NCBI GenBank assembly: GCA_965662235.1
Contig: CBFIGY010000015.1
Span: forward strand, 8,946-72,945
DNA length: 64,000 nt
Direction: 5' to 3'
From: an uncultured bacterium
Lineage (GTDB): Bacteria > SAR324 > NAC60-12
This document shows, piece by piece, positions 28,646-39,300 of this stretch (positions are counted from its first letter, which is position 1; each line of letters opens with the position of its first letter). The translations under genes and the position numbers were made by a program. Under the pieces are notes generated by a model. That model did not search any database and was not told where the DNA came from. It worked only from the letters and a program-made list of their open reading frames with translations.

Positions 28646-30390
28646 AAACCCTGGTCTTCTGGAGCCTGCTGACGCTGAAGATCGCCTGTGTTGCGGTTTG
28701 GTTGCTGGTCTCGCTTGGAGTGGCGCTGGCGCAGTCGGACCCCCGAGCACACGCCGCTTGGTGGGTGGAACAGCACGGGGCTTTGGAAGAAGCCTCGGTT
28801 CCAGAAGCCGCTCGGGTCCGGAAGGTTTTTGACCGTGTGGTCCATGTGGCCGACAAACGCGCCGGACGCTGGCCCCAGTTGGTTCTACTCCGCTCTCAAC
28901 GCCCTCCCCTCGCCCTTTCGCTGCCTGACGGTTCCGTGCTCCTCAATCACGCGGCCCTGAATTTCCTCTATCAAGTAGACAATCCGGAGCTCGGAGACAC
29001 CCGTGCCGCGTTTGTGCTGGGACACGAACTGGCGCACCTCGCACAGGATGACTTCTGGCAGGCAGAAGCCTTTGCGGCCTCTCAGGCAAATCCCCAGTGG
29101 GAGCAGTCGGTAGAAGACTGGCTGAAGGGAACGCAGCAGGCAGACACTCCAATCCTGAGGGAACTGCAAGCTGACGCCTATGGGCTCATCTACTCCGTCC
29201 AGGCGGGTTTTGCAGCAGGACCGGTGCTGGATGAAGGTGCCCGCTTTTTTGCCGATTGGGCGTCACAGTCACGGATGCATCCGCACGCCGGCACCCACCC
29301 TCCGGATGCGACCCGTGCCGCGATCCTTCAGGCGTCGCTGCACCAGGTCCGAGCGGTGCAGGACTGGTTCGACTTCGGAACCCTGCTTCTGCAGATTGGG
29401 CGCTTGGAAGATGCGCGGGTGCTGCTGGAGGAGTACCAGCGTCGCTTCCCCGGACGCGCAGTGCTCAACAACCTGGGCGTGGTGGCGTATCAGCAGGCGA
29501 TGGGGCAACTTGCGGCCTGCAATCCGGTGCTGCCGCTCTCCATGATGACGTCCCTGCTTGTCGACACGGAAACCCGAGGGGCTGGAACCCGTCAGGGGTT
29601 GCACAACTGCCTCAAGGAGGAAGCGGTGCAACGTGGCTTCCAAGATGCCGCCCGCTACTTTGAAGAAGCCAGCCAGCGGGATCCGGACTACGTTCCGGCA
29701 TGGAGCAACCTCGCTTCTGTAAGGCTTTGGAAGGGAGACGCTTCAGGCGCAATGAGCGCCGCGGATGAGGCCCTGAAGCGGGACGCAACGCTTCCGGAAG
29801 CGCTCAACCTGAAGGCGCTGGCGCTCTACCGCTTTGGGGTCCAGACCGGAATCGACACTGCTGACCGTGCTCTGAAGGTGCTGGAAATTCTGCAACGCCG
29901 CTATCCCGACTATGCTCCGGCGTCCTACAACCGGGCGGTGCTGCTGACGGAACGCCAGCGCTCAGCAGCGGCTCAGGAGGCATGGCAGCAGGCGCTTGAA
30001 CAACCGCTTCCGGTGGCGTATGCCCAGCACGTCCGAGAACAGCTGGGCCGTCCTGCGGCTGCTCCGGCTCCGGTGCGAGCTCAGGTTCCGGCGCCCATCG
30101 CCCTCGGCTCCAGCTCATCTGAATCCGGAACCGTCACTCAACGCCTGCGTCTGGGCAGCTTCCGGGCGTCCGTTTCTGTTCAGGAAGACCTGCGGATTCT
30201 GCGTCTGGGACGTTCTGTGGAGCTGATTCAGCAGGCTCATCCCGACCTCGACCCAATAACCCTTCCGCGTCCCAAGCTCCGGCACCGCCTTCCTTCCGGA
30301 GAGCTGTGGCTCTATGAGGACTTTGCCCTAGAGCTCCGGGACGGTCTCAGCCACCGTGCTTGGTGGTTTGCCCCTCAGGACCGTTCCTGA
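28642..30390 (+). CDS. Exported M48 metallopeptidase with TPR repeats
   Basis: Signal/TM segment; AFVLGHELAH, ELQAD and THPP motifs; TPR motifs NNLGV, SNLAS and YNRAV; ATGA overlap with the anti-sigma gene. Confidence 0.85.
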   Translation: MKTLVFWSLLTLKIACVAVWLLVSLGVALAQSDPRAHAAWWVEQHGALEEASVPEAARVRKVFDRVVHVADKRAGRWPQLVLLRSQRPPLALSLPDGSVLLNHAALNFLYQVDNPELGDTRAAFVLGHELAHLAQDDFWQAEAFAASQANPQWEQSVEDWLKGTQQADTPILRELQADAYGLIYSVQAGFAAGPVLDEGARFFADWASQSRMHPHAGTHPPDATRAAILQASLHQVRAVQDWFDFGTLLLQIGRLEDARVLLEEYQRRFPGRAVLNNLGVVAYQQAMGQLAACNPVLPLSMMTSLLVDTETRGAGTRQGLHNCLKEEAVQRGFQDAARYFEEASQRDPDYVPAWSNLASVRLWKGDASGAMSAADEALKRDATLPEALNLKALALYRFGVQTGIDTADRALKVLEILQRRYPDYAPASYNRAVLLTERQRSAAAQEAWQQALEQPLPVAYAQHVREQLGRPAAAPAPVRAQVPAPIALGSSSSESGTVTQRLRLGSFRASVSVQEDLRILRLGRSVELIQQAHPDLDPITLPRPKLRHRLPSGELWLYEDFALELRDGLSHRAWWFAPQDRS

Positions 30391-30519
30391 CGTTGGTTCC
30401 TGCCGCAATCTTTTGATTTTTTCTCCAGCTTCTTGCATCGTTGTGGCTCAGCTTTCACAGGTGCGTCCTGTGACCCTCAGAGAGGGATCCTTCTGACTGA
30501 TTTGCCTCAAGCCATCACC

Positions 30520-31146
30520 ATGCCTGACACGCCTCGTTTGCTCATCACCTGCCTGGACCTCGAAGGGGTTCTGATTCCAGAAATCTGGTTAGGCCTCGCC
30601 GACCGAACCGGTCTGGAGGATCTTCGCCTGACCACGCGTGACCTTGCGGATTATGACGAGCTGATGCAGCACCGGTTGCGGGTCTGTGAGCAGCATGGGC
30701 TGGGACTTCCGGACATCCAGAAGGTCGTGGAAACCATGGCACCGATGCCCGGCGCCGTTGAGTTCCTCCGCTGGCTCAAGACCAAGGGCGAGGTGGTGAT
30801 CCTCTCAGACACCTTCCGCGAGTTTGTGGAACCGCTGCTGCCGCAGCTGGAGCACCCGACCCTCTTCTGTCATTCCCTAGAGGTGGAGCCTTCGGGCAGG
30901 ATTGCCAACTACTGCCTGCGCCTGCAGGACCAGAAGCGCAAGGCCGTCGAAGCCTTCCGGAGCCTGAACTTTCAGGTGGTGTCTGCCGGTGATTCCTATA
31001 ACGACATTTCCATGCTCCAAGCCTCCCACTGGGGACTGCTCTTCCGTCCTGCAGAAAAAGTGGTGGCTGAGTATCCTGAATTTCCGGTGACCACCGATTA
31101 CGCTGGCCTCCAGGCAGAGCTGTCCAAGCTTCCGGGCTATGCGTAA
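30520..31146 (+). CDS. thrH: Phosphoserine phosphatase / homoserine phosphotransferase
   Basis: CLDLEGVLIPEIW, ILSDTF and GDSYND HAD motifs. Confidence 0.93.
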   Translation: MPDTPRLLITCLDLEGVLIPEIWLGLADRTGLEDLRLTTRDLADYDELMQHRLRVCEQHGLGLPDIQKVVETMAPMPGAVEFLRWLKTKGEVVILSDTFREFVEPLLPQLEHPTLFCHSLEVEPSGRIANYCLRLQDQKRKAVEAFRSLNFQVVSAGDSYNDISMLQASHWGLLFRPAEKVVAEYPEFPVTTDYAGLQAELSKLPGYA

Positions 31147-31942
31147 ACCCTCTCGAAGCCCTCGTTCCGGAGGCAAACCCGCAGCACGGGGACGCCGTCC
31201 AGGCGCGCCTCGGAGCCGTGAAGAAGTGCTCTACGGCATCCAACCCATTGCAGAAGCCCTCCAGCATCGTCTCCGTCCCCTCGAAGCGCTGTTGGTGAAG
31301 AGTGGAGCGCGCAACTCACGGATTGAGGAGCTGGTGCATCAGGCACAGGCGCTTCAGCTACCGGTCCGCTCAGTGGAAGGCCGTGAGCTGGACCAGCGGT
31401 GTCCGGGTGCAGTGCATCAGGGCGTGGTGCTGGAGTGTGGGGAGCGGGAGACCCTAGAGGCGGAGGCCCTGCCTGACGCACGTCGGCAGCCGTATCCGGT
31501 CCTCATGGCGTTGGATCAGGTGGAAGATCCGCACAACCTTGGAGCCATTTTGCGGACCTGTGGCTTCTTTGGTGTCGACGCGCTCGTGATGCCCCGAGAC
31601 CATGCACCACCGCTTGGGGGAGTGGTCGCCAAAAGTTCCACCGGCGTGTCCGAGTGGTTCCCGATCCTCAAGGTGCCGAACCTGCACCGTTTCCTGACCC
31701 AACAGCAGCAAGCTGGTTACTGGGTGGTTGGGTTGGACATGAATGGTGCCGAGCCGCTGACAGCGCTTCAACGGGACCGAGCGCTGATTCTGGTGATGGG
31801 AAACGAAGGGCAGGGACTGAGGCCACTGACGCGACAGACGTGTGACTGGGCGGTGCAGATTTCCGGAAGCGGGGCTGTGGAATCATTGAACGTCAGCAAC
31901 GCTGCTGCGATTACTCTGCATCAGGTCTTTCGGGAAGCGTAA
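31139..31942 (+). CDS. rlmB: 23S rRNA Gm2251 2'-O-methyltransferase (SPOUT)
   Basis: HQGV, DPHNLGAILRT, MGNEGQG and ESLNVS motifs. Confidence 0.9.
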   Translation: MRKPSRSPRSGGKPAARGRRPGAPRSREEVLYGIQPIAEALQHRLRPLEALLVKSGARNSRIEELVHQAQALQLPVRSVEGRELDQRCPGAVHQGVVLECGERETLEAEALPDARRQPYPVLMALDQVEDPHNLGAILRTCGFFGVDALVMPRDHAPPLGGVVAKSSTGVSEWFPILKVPNLHRFLTQQQQAGYWVVGLDMNGAEPLTALQRDRALILVMGNEGQGLRPLTRQTCDWAVQISGSGAVESLNVSNAAAITLHQVFREA

Positions 31943-33368
31943 CTGCACGGACCTCCGTTTCCACAGTTCCATCTGGGAGGTGAATCTCCAGCCGCTCCCC
32001 GACCTGAACGTCTTGGGCGTGCCGCAGCGCCTTGCGGTTGGGCTTCCGAACCATGGCATATCCGCGCTGCACCTGAGCCAGTGGACTGAGGTGCTGCAGC
32101 GCTTCCGCATGGGCGCTGAGCTGTTGCTTCCGGCGGGTGAGGTCTTGCTGCAGCGCCCGCTCCAGACGAACCTGCAACTGCTGGAGGTACGGGGTGAGGT
32201 CCCGGAGGTGCTGCTGAGGCGCCAGCACCCGGAGGGTCTGATCTGCCTGCTGCAACCGCAGCTGCCGTCGTTCGTGCTGACGAGCCCAGGTTGCCTGCAA
32301 CCGGCCTTCGAGGTCGTCCACCCGCTGCTGATAAAACGCAATGGCTCGTTCCGGGGAGGCGATTCGGTACTGAAGCTGCTGAACACGTTCCTGAGCCCGC
32401 TGCGTTTGACGCTCCAAGGACCGGATGAGCTGATTCTGCAGCTCGTTGACGGTGTAGAGCAGATCTGCCCGACGCGGCACCGCCTGTTCCATGGCTGCAG
32501 AAGGCGTTGGAGCCCGGACGTCTGCAACGAAGTCGGCAATGGTGTAGTCGGTTTCGTGACCGACCGCTGAGATGATCGGTAACGGCATCTCAAAGATGGC
32601 CCGCGCCAGTTGCTCATCGTTGAAGGCCCAGAGGTCTTCCAACGACCCGCCTCCTCGTCCGCAGATGACGACGTCGACTCCCAACTCCTGATGATGCTCC
32701 GCAAAGAACCGGAGGCCGGCGAGCAGCTCCGGAATGGCTCGGTCGCCCTGCACAGAGGCGGGATAGAGCAGCACCGGAATGCCGGGGAAGCGGCGGTTCA
32801 GCACCGTCCACATGTCATGAATGACGGCTCCGGTCTGAGAGGTGACAATGCCAATCCGGTTGGGCAGAAAGGGAAGGGGCCGCTTGTGTCGGTCGTCAAA
32901 GAGGCCCTCACGCTGGAGCCGGTTCCGGAGCTGCTCAAACGCCAGCTGGAGCGCCCCCACGCCCTTGGGTTCCAGTGAAGAAGCCTGAAGCTGGTACTCG
33001 CCCCGTGGGCCATAGACGCTCACACTGCCCCGAACCACCACCTCCAAACCATGCTCCGGACGAAACGGCAGGCGTGCTGCCGCGTTCCGGAACATCACCA
33101 CCCGAATCTGTGCCTGCGTGTCCTTGAGCGTGAAGTAGAGGTGCCCGGACGACGCCCGGGTGAGGTTAGAAATTTCGCCCTCCACCATCACGCCCCGGAA
33201 CTTTCCCTCTAGGACAAAACGGATCTGCTGTGTCAGTTCAGCCACCGTCAGAGGCTGCGGAGGCGAAGGGGGCGGCGGGGGCTCTGACGGAGGAGTGGGT
33301 TCCGGAGTGCGGGGCTCCGTTTCCACAATGAACGGAATGCTGGTTTGGTAGCTTTTCTTAGCGGGCAT
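31911..33368 (-). CDS. xseA: Exodeoxyribonuclease VII large subunit
   Basis: GEISN, SGHLYFTLKD, RGGGSLEDLWAFN, SAVGHETD and APTPSAA motifs. Confidence 0.96.
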   Translation of the reverse strand: MPAKKSYQTSIPFIVETEPRTPEPTPPSEPPPPPSPPQPLTVAELTQQIRFVLEGKFRGVMVEGEISNLTRASSGHLYFTLKDTQAQIRVVMFRNAAARLPFRPEHGLEVVVRGSVSVYGPRGEYQLQASSLEPKGVGALQLAFEQLRNRLQREGLFDDRHKRPLPFLPNRIGIVTSQTGAVIHDMWTVLNRRFPGIPVLLYPASVQGDRAIPELLAGLRFFAEHHQELGVDVVICGRGGGSLEDLWAFNDEQLARAIFEMPLPIISAVGHETDYTIADFVADVRAPTPSAAMEQAVPRRADLLYTVNELQNQLIRSLERQTQRAQERVQQLQYRIASPERAIAFYQQRVDDLEGRLQATWARQHERRQLRLQQADQTLRVLAPQQHLRDLTPYLQQLQVRLERALQQDLTRRKQQLSAHAEALQHLSPLAQVQRGYAMVRKPNRKALRHAQDVQVGERLEIHLPDGTVETEVRAVTLPERPDAE

Positions 33369-35088
33369 TCCGGATTTCTGTCAGGCGGTTTTCATAGTAG
33401 TCGCTTCCTGAAGGCGCCTGGGCGCGGGGGCTCTGATCAGCTAGGCGCAGCGCTTCCTGAGCAGCGTGCAGGGCCTGCTCATACAGCCCTTGCTGCCGGT
33501 ACCCTTCAGCAAGAGTGTCCCAGATGAACGCCGCAGGCTGATGTGCCAGAGCCGTCTGAGCGAGCTGAATCGATTCCTCTAGGGCCTCCGGATCATCGGC
33601 GCGGTTTTCGGCAAGGACCCAAGCTAGGTTGTTCAGGGTCCGGGGATCTTCTGGGGCCAGCTCCAGGGCCTGCCGGTAGTAGCGTTCGGCTTCTTCCAAT
33701 TGCCCTTGAGAGTAAGCGAGGTCTCCGAGTTGCGTCAGGAATCCGGAATCTCGCGGAGAGAGGGATTCGTTGTGCTGCACGTACCAAGTGAGCCACTGAC
33801 GGATGCCCGCGTTGGAAGTGGCGTAGCTGTTGATGCCAATTGTGCAGAGCAGGGTCAGCACGCATCCGAACTGAATCCAGCGGACGCGCCGGTGGTGTGC
33901 GGAAACCTTCTCAGGTGCTTGGGCGCCTGCTTTGAGGAAGTTGAGGCGGTCGAGGATGCCGTAGTGATGCCAGTTGGGTTTTTCGGGGTCAATGCCATTG
34001 AGCCAGGCGACCTTCAGGAGCGCACGTCCCATGGGCTCCAGACCCACGCGTTCCAGCGCATTGCAGTCTGCCTGACGTTCGAAGTTGCGGCTCAGGAATC
34101 CCATTCCGAAGCGTAGGAACAGCAGCAGCGCGAGCACCGTGAAGCTCCCGTAGAAGACCGCAGGCAGTTCCCACTCCCCAAACCACTCGGTGACCGTCAG
34201 GGCCGCTGAGAGCAGCATCATGCCCTCCAGAAAGGCAAAGAACGCGAAGGCGTAAAAGAGCAGGTGCTGCTTGCGCAGGTGCCCGGCTTCATGGGCAATC
34301 ACCGCTCGGAGTTCTTCTGGAGTGAGGGCGTTCAGCAGCTGTCGACTGATGAGCAGGTAACGGAGTCCGGGAAGGAGGCCCACGACGCCGGCGGTTGCGC
34401 TGGAAAGCAACTCCTCCGGCCAGATCAGTACCTTACGGACTGAGACGCCATTGACCCGCAGTTCTTCTTCAATGAGGGTGCGGCCTTCGCTTTCCGGAAG
34501 CGCCTCTAGGTTCCACGCCGTCATCATCACTGGAGGCGCGAGCGCAATCATCAGGACCAAGCTGCTCAGGGTGCTTAGAAGGAGTTCCCAGTTGAGGGGC
34601 AGGTCTCCGGTCCAAAGGGGCAACGCCGCCAGCCACAGGGCATGGACGCCGCCGAGCAGCAGCAAGGGGAGCTGCAGACGGAGGCTCCGGATCAGCCGGG
34701 GAGCATAGGCTTCATGACGGTGCTGAAGGGGCGTGAGGGCCAGACCGTCGAGGAGCCAGAAGTGGACAATGAGCAGCGCAAACGCCCAGCCATCCGGATT
34801 CCACCACCCCTGAAACGTGCCCTGCAGGCGCAGGTCCAGGGCTTCGGTGTAAATGGCCCCCAGCCAAGCAGAAAAGATCAGCAGGCGCTTGAGGTGCTGC
34901 TGCCGCTGCCGCGTCAGGGGCCGGCCTTCGAAAGACGCCTGTCCCAGCCAGAAGGCGAGGCCCAGGAGGATCAGCAGCGTCAGAGGCCAGGGGAGGTTCA
35001 GCCACGCCTCCGGGCGAATCGCGGTATCTTCCGTGAGCAACGACAGGCTGAGCGAGGCAAGGATGAGGGGAAGAAAGGGCAAGAACAT
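33358..35088 (-). CDS. Integral-membrane M48 (Ste24/HtpX-like) metalloprotease with C-terminal TPR
   Basis: Multiple TM helices; AVIAHEAGH and FERQAD motifs; TPRs LNNLAW and DTLAE. Confidence 0.85.
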   Translation of the reverse strand: MFLPFLPLILASLSLSLLTEDTAIRPEAWLNLPWPLTLLILLGLAFWLGQASFEGRPLTRQRQQHLKRLLIFSAWLGAIYTEALDLRLQGTFQGWWNPDGWAFALLIVHFWLLDGLALTPLQHRHEAYAPRLIRSLRLQLPLLLLGGVHALWLAALPLWTGDLPLNWELLLSTLSSLVLMIALAPPVMMTAWNLEALPESEGRTLIEEELRVNGVSVRKVLIWPEELLSSATAGVVGLLPGLRYLLISRQLLNALTPEELRAVIAHEAGHLRKQHLLFYAFAFFAFLEGMMLLSAALTVTEWFGEWELPAVFYGSFTVLALLLFLRFGMGFLSRNFERQADCNALERVGLEPMGRALLKVAWLNGIDPEKPNWHHYGILDRLNFLKAGAQAPEKVSAHHRRVRWIQFGCVLTLLCTIGINSYATSNAGIRQWLTWYVQHNESLSPRDSGFLTQLGDLAYSQGQLEEAERYYRQALELAPEDPRTLNNLAWVLAENRADDPEALEESIQLAQTALAHQPAAFIWDTLAEGYRQQGLYEQALHAAQEALRLADQSPRAQAPSGSDYYENRLTEIRNAR

Positions 35089-35154
35089 GAAGGACTCGTA
35101 ACCGAAAACAGATTCAGGTATGGTTGTTACTTTTAACTTTCAATTCAGGAATAC

Positions 35155-36321
35155 ATGGACTCCTCACCTTCCAGCAATGTACACCATCTGACGAGCAACG
35201 ATAAGCAGATTGTCTTGGTTGGAACCGCTCATATCTCTCAAGCCAGCGTGGATGAGGTCCGTGAAGTGATTCAGCACGAGGCGCCTGATGCCGTCTGCGT
35301 GGAGCTGTGTGCCTCCCGTCTGGAAGCAATCCGGAACCCGGATGCCTGGAAGAAGACGGACCTCTTTCAGATCATCAAGGAGGGAAAGACCTTCTTGCTG
35401 CTGGGCAACCTGCTGATGTCTTCCTTCCAGCGTCGCATTGGCAAGCAGTTGGGGGTGCAGCCGGGAGCTGAGATGCTGGAAGGCGTCCGGGCGGCAGAGT
35501 CGACAGGGGCGACCCTGGTGCTGGCAGATCGAGACGTCCGGACCACCCTGCAGCGCACCTGGCGTTCCCTGAAATTCTGGGACCGGACCAAGCTACTGGG
35601 GCAGCTGGTGGCCAGCGTTTTTTCCAATGAAGAGGTCTCGGCCGACGAGATTGAAGCGATGAAGCAAGGGGACGCGCTGGCAGAAGCCATGGATGCACTG
35701 GCCAGTCAATCGCCCCACATCAAGCGTGTCATCATTGATGAGCGGGACGCGTACCTAGCGGAAAAGATCCGCAACGCTCCAGGTGAGAAGATTGTGGCAA
35801 TCGTGGGGGCCGGGCATGTTCCCGGGATCCTGAAGCAGATTGACGAGGCCCACGACCTTGCCGAACTGGAGTACGTTCCGCCACCGTCCCGCTGGGGAAA
35901 GCTGCTGAGCTGGGGGCTTCCGCTACTGATTGTCGGGCTCATCGGTTACGGCTTCGTCGTTTCTGGACAAGACGCTAGTTTTGAGATGATTCAGCGCTGG
36001 TTCCTCATCAACGGGGCTCTTTCTGCAGTGGGGGTGCTGGCCGCATTCGGGCACCCACTGACGATCCTGACGGCGTTTGTGGCAGCACCGTTCACGTCGC
36101 TGAACCCAATGATTGCCGCCGGCTGGGTCGCCGGACTGGTGGAGGCCTTTGTGCACAAGCCGAAGGTGGAGGACTTTGAGAGCCTCAATGAAGACATCAC
36201 CACGCTCAAGGGCTTCTGGCGAAACAAGATCACCCGCATTTTGCTGGTGGTTGTCTTTGCCAACCTAGGGAGCAGCATCGGCACCTTCCTAGGCGGTTTC
36301 GCCGTGGCGAGCCTGCTCTAG
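35155..36321 (+). CDS. TraB/PrgY (pheromone shutdown)/GumN family protein
   Basis: LVGTAHIS, VELC, PGAEM, ERDAY and VGAGH motifs; C-terminal TM region with APFTSLNP. Confidence 0.9.
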   Translation: MDSSPSSNVHHLTSNDKQIVLVGTAHISQASVDEVREVIQHEAPDAVCVELCASRLEAIRNPDAWKKTDLFQIIKEGKTFLLLGNLLMSSFQRRIGKQLGVQPGAEMLEGVRAAESTGATLVLADRDVRTTLQRTWRSLKFWDRTKLLGQLVASVFSNEEVSADEIEAMKQGDALAEAMDALASQSPHIKRVIIDERDAYLAEKIRNAPGEKIVAIVGAGHVPGILKQIDEAHDLAELEYVPPPSRWGKLLSWGLPLLIVGLIGYGFVVSGQDASFEMIQRWFLINGALSAVGVLAAFGHPLTILTAFVAAPFTSLNPMIAAGWVAGLVEAFVHKPKVEDFESLNEDITTLKGFWRNKITRILLVVVFANLGSSIGTFLGGFAVASLL

Positions 36322-36324
36322 GCC

Positions 36325-39300
36325 TTAGTGGTCAAACGCGAGGCTTTGGAAGTAGAGCCCAAGGCGGGCTTGAGTGAAGGCGTGAGGGTCGTCCGGAGGC
36401 GTGAGGTCTTCCAGAAACCGAAAGGGCTCCCGAGGTAGGGAAAACTGAGGCCGACTGGGATCCAACTGACTCCGGATCCAGTCCTGGAACTTCTGGTTGA
36501 AGGCCTCGGGGTCACGCAGGAACGGGTGAGACGCCTGGGCGCCACTGGCGGAGTAGAGGAGGTCAAAGCGCTCCGTCTGCAGAGCCTGCACCACGGTTTC
36601 TAGGTACGCCTGTGCGGCAGAACGCAGCGGTACCTGAAACGTCCCATGCCCCGCTTCACCCCGCGAGAGCAGGTAGGCCTCCCGTGACGTGGTGTCCTGC
36701 AAACGTCCGGCAGCATGGAGGGTGACGAGTTCGAGAAACGGCAGCAGCCATTCCTTTTGTGCAGACGACTTCTTGGCCTCCAGAGCGCGCCGGACCAGCT
36801 GAAGGCTGATGCGCGGTTGGTCTCCGTCGCACAGCCACCACCCGGATGCGCCGGAAAGCGTCACGTTGCTGATGACCAGTGGCGGTCCCAAAATCCATGC
36901 CTCTGGAGCGCGTTTCCACGCTTCCCGTTCCCACGCACTCAGCGGCCCCACGCTCAGTCGACGGGGCACCAGCTTCGGACCACCCGTCGGCTCAGACCAT
37001 TCCTGCACCTGTGCTTCCCACCGCTGCATCAGCCCCAGGTGCTGTTCCCGGAGCCCGTCCTGCAGCACACCCGGGGGAAGCTTCCCCCGTTGCTCCCATC
37101 GCTGAAACACCTGGCCATACGCCTCCTCCCAGCCCCTTGCGGACGTCAGGGCGTCGCCCAGTGCCTCCCGCAGCAAAAGGGTTTCTTCCAGAGCATTGAG
37201 CTGAAACGGCTCCTGCTCAACGTCTGTCAGGTCCTCCTCATCAGAAGCGAGCCGCAGCGACCGCTGGGTCTGTGCAACCAGAGGGTTCTCCAGAAAACGC
37301 TTCAGCTGCCCAAGCGTCAGGTGAGTCGCCTGAGGCAGCGTGAAGGCTTCTGGATGCAAGGGAGCCGTCAGTTTGGCCGGAAGCTTTGTGTGAAGCAGGG
37401 AAAACAGCTCAGAACGTTCCGGAAGGGGCTGGGAGGCCTCCAGCTGCTGCCGAAGCACCTGGGCCCGTGCCTGATGAAAGGCGGAGAGGCTGAACTGAGG
37501 GAAGTCGCCGTCCGCAAGAGGTTCCAGCTCCGGGAAGTAGCGCGGATCGTACGAGGTCAGGGGGAGCCGCTGCGGGAGCAGCCGATCCTTCAGGTAGCCG
37601 GTGTTGAGGGTCTCCAGCAGCAGCTCCACCAGAGAAGACGGCTGCTGCGGTTCTCCTTTCGAGTCCTGGTTGAGGTAGCTGAGGATCAGGCGGTCGCTGG
37701 TGGAAATCAGGGTTTCCAGAAACTGATAGTGGTCCCGTTCCATGGGGGAAACGTCTCCAATCAGCCGCCTCCGGAGGGTCTGGTCCTTGGTTCGAGGCAC
37801 CGAAACGTCACGCAGGTCCAGCTGATCTTCCGGAGCCTTGGACGGGAAGGAGCCTTCTTGCAGTCCCAAAATGAAGACGACCCGAAACGGAATGGGCCGC
37901 ATCGGCTGAAAGGGCGACACCGTCACCCCTTCGGCGAGGTAGTGACCTTGCTGAAAGCGGGTCCGTTCGTACTGCTGCATGAAGAATTCCAGCACCAACG
38001 GGTAGCTCAGGGGGGCATCTTCCGTGGGCAACACTTCAAGGTGCGCAAAGGTCTGGGTGGTTTCGAGCAGCCGTTGGAAGGCCTCTTGGCCATAGTCGTC
38101 TTCAGGCCGCAGGTAGGTGCTGAAGAAGCGGTGGAGCAGCCGCGACCATTCACGCGCTGAAGCGTGATGGGTGGCCAAAAATCGCGCATCTGCGAGCAAA
38201 GACTGCAGAACCAGCTGAAACTGTGCGGCGCTGATGGCGTCCGCATCCCCAACGGTTCCGGGAACCCAGTCCTGGTCGTCCCAGGCAACAGATTCCTGGT
38301 CGGCCTCCAGGTAGCTCCCCAAAGCCAAGCGTTGAAAGCCCTGTTGCCAGTGATAGCGTTGTTCCGGAAGGTGGGCGTAGCCGTGTTCCTGAAAGTCTGC
38401 GGCGTCTTTGCCAAAGTAGATGCCCAGGTCCTCGCTCCACTGAACCCACGCCTCCGTGTCAAGGGCTTCTTCGCCCGAGGGCGTCTTCAGCACCTGGAGG
38501 AAGCAGGGATTCTGGAGCAGGCTCAGGACCTCACGACGGGAGAAGTCGCCTAGGCCGAGGTGCAGCAGCTGCCGAGCTGCTTCCATGAGGGCTCCAGACG
38601 CGCCGTGGTGCCCATCCACCAGGTGGTACGGAAGCCGATACAGCGAGCGAAAAACCTGCTCCAGTTCCCACTGGTACAAGCTGAGGTCTGGGGCAATGAC
38701 CGCAATTTCGTTGAAACGCAGGGGCTCCGGATGGGAAGAATCCTGGACCAGTTCCCAGATGCGGTTGGCCACCTGTTCCACCTCGCGGCGAACCGTCGGA
38801 CAGCCGACGACCTCAAGGCTGCCATCTGCCGGAAGCATCAGTTGGGTGGCTCCGGAACGCTGAGGCTCCCGGACCAGAAGGTCGTGCTGCAGGTGCTGAA
38901 GGACGGTTCGTCCGGGAACACCATCGGGAGCGTCTACCTCAACAGAAGAGGCATCGGCTCCAAGGGGGTCCCGGAAGTGCGCAAAGAAGTCCCAATCGCC
39001 CCAGCGGTTGAGCATGCGGATGTTCTCACGGCCCGGATAGCCCCATGCCTTCAGCAGCGGATGGTCGGGGTCGTTCCTGAGCAACTCCCCGGGGGCAAGG
39101 TCGTTCCAGGTGACTTGCGTCCGCCGGGCCTCATAGAGGTACTGAAACGCCTCCGGACGCTGCTTGAACTGTCGCCGTTGCTTCCAGTAGGGCTCCAGGT
39201 CCTCCCAGAACTCCATGCAGGGGTTGAGCGTGTAGACGCAGACCTCCCGGACCTGCTCCACCTGCTGCGTCAGCACCTTCTGGTGAAATGCGGAAAGGTA

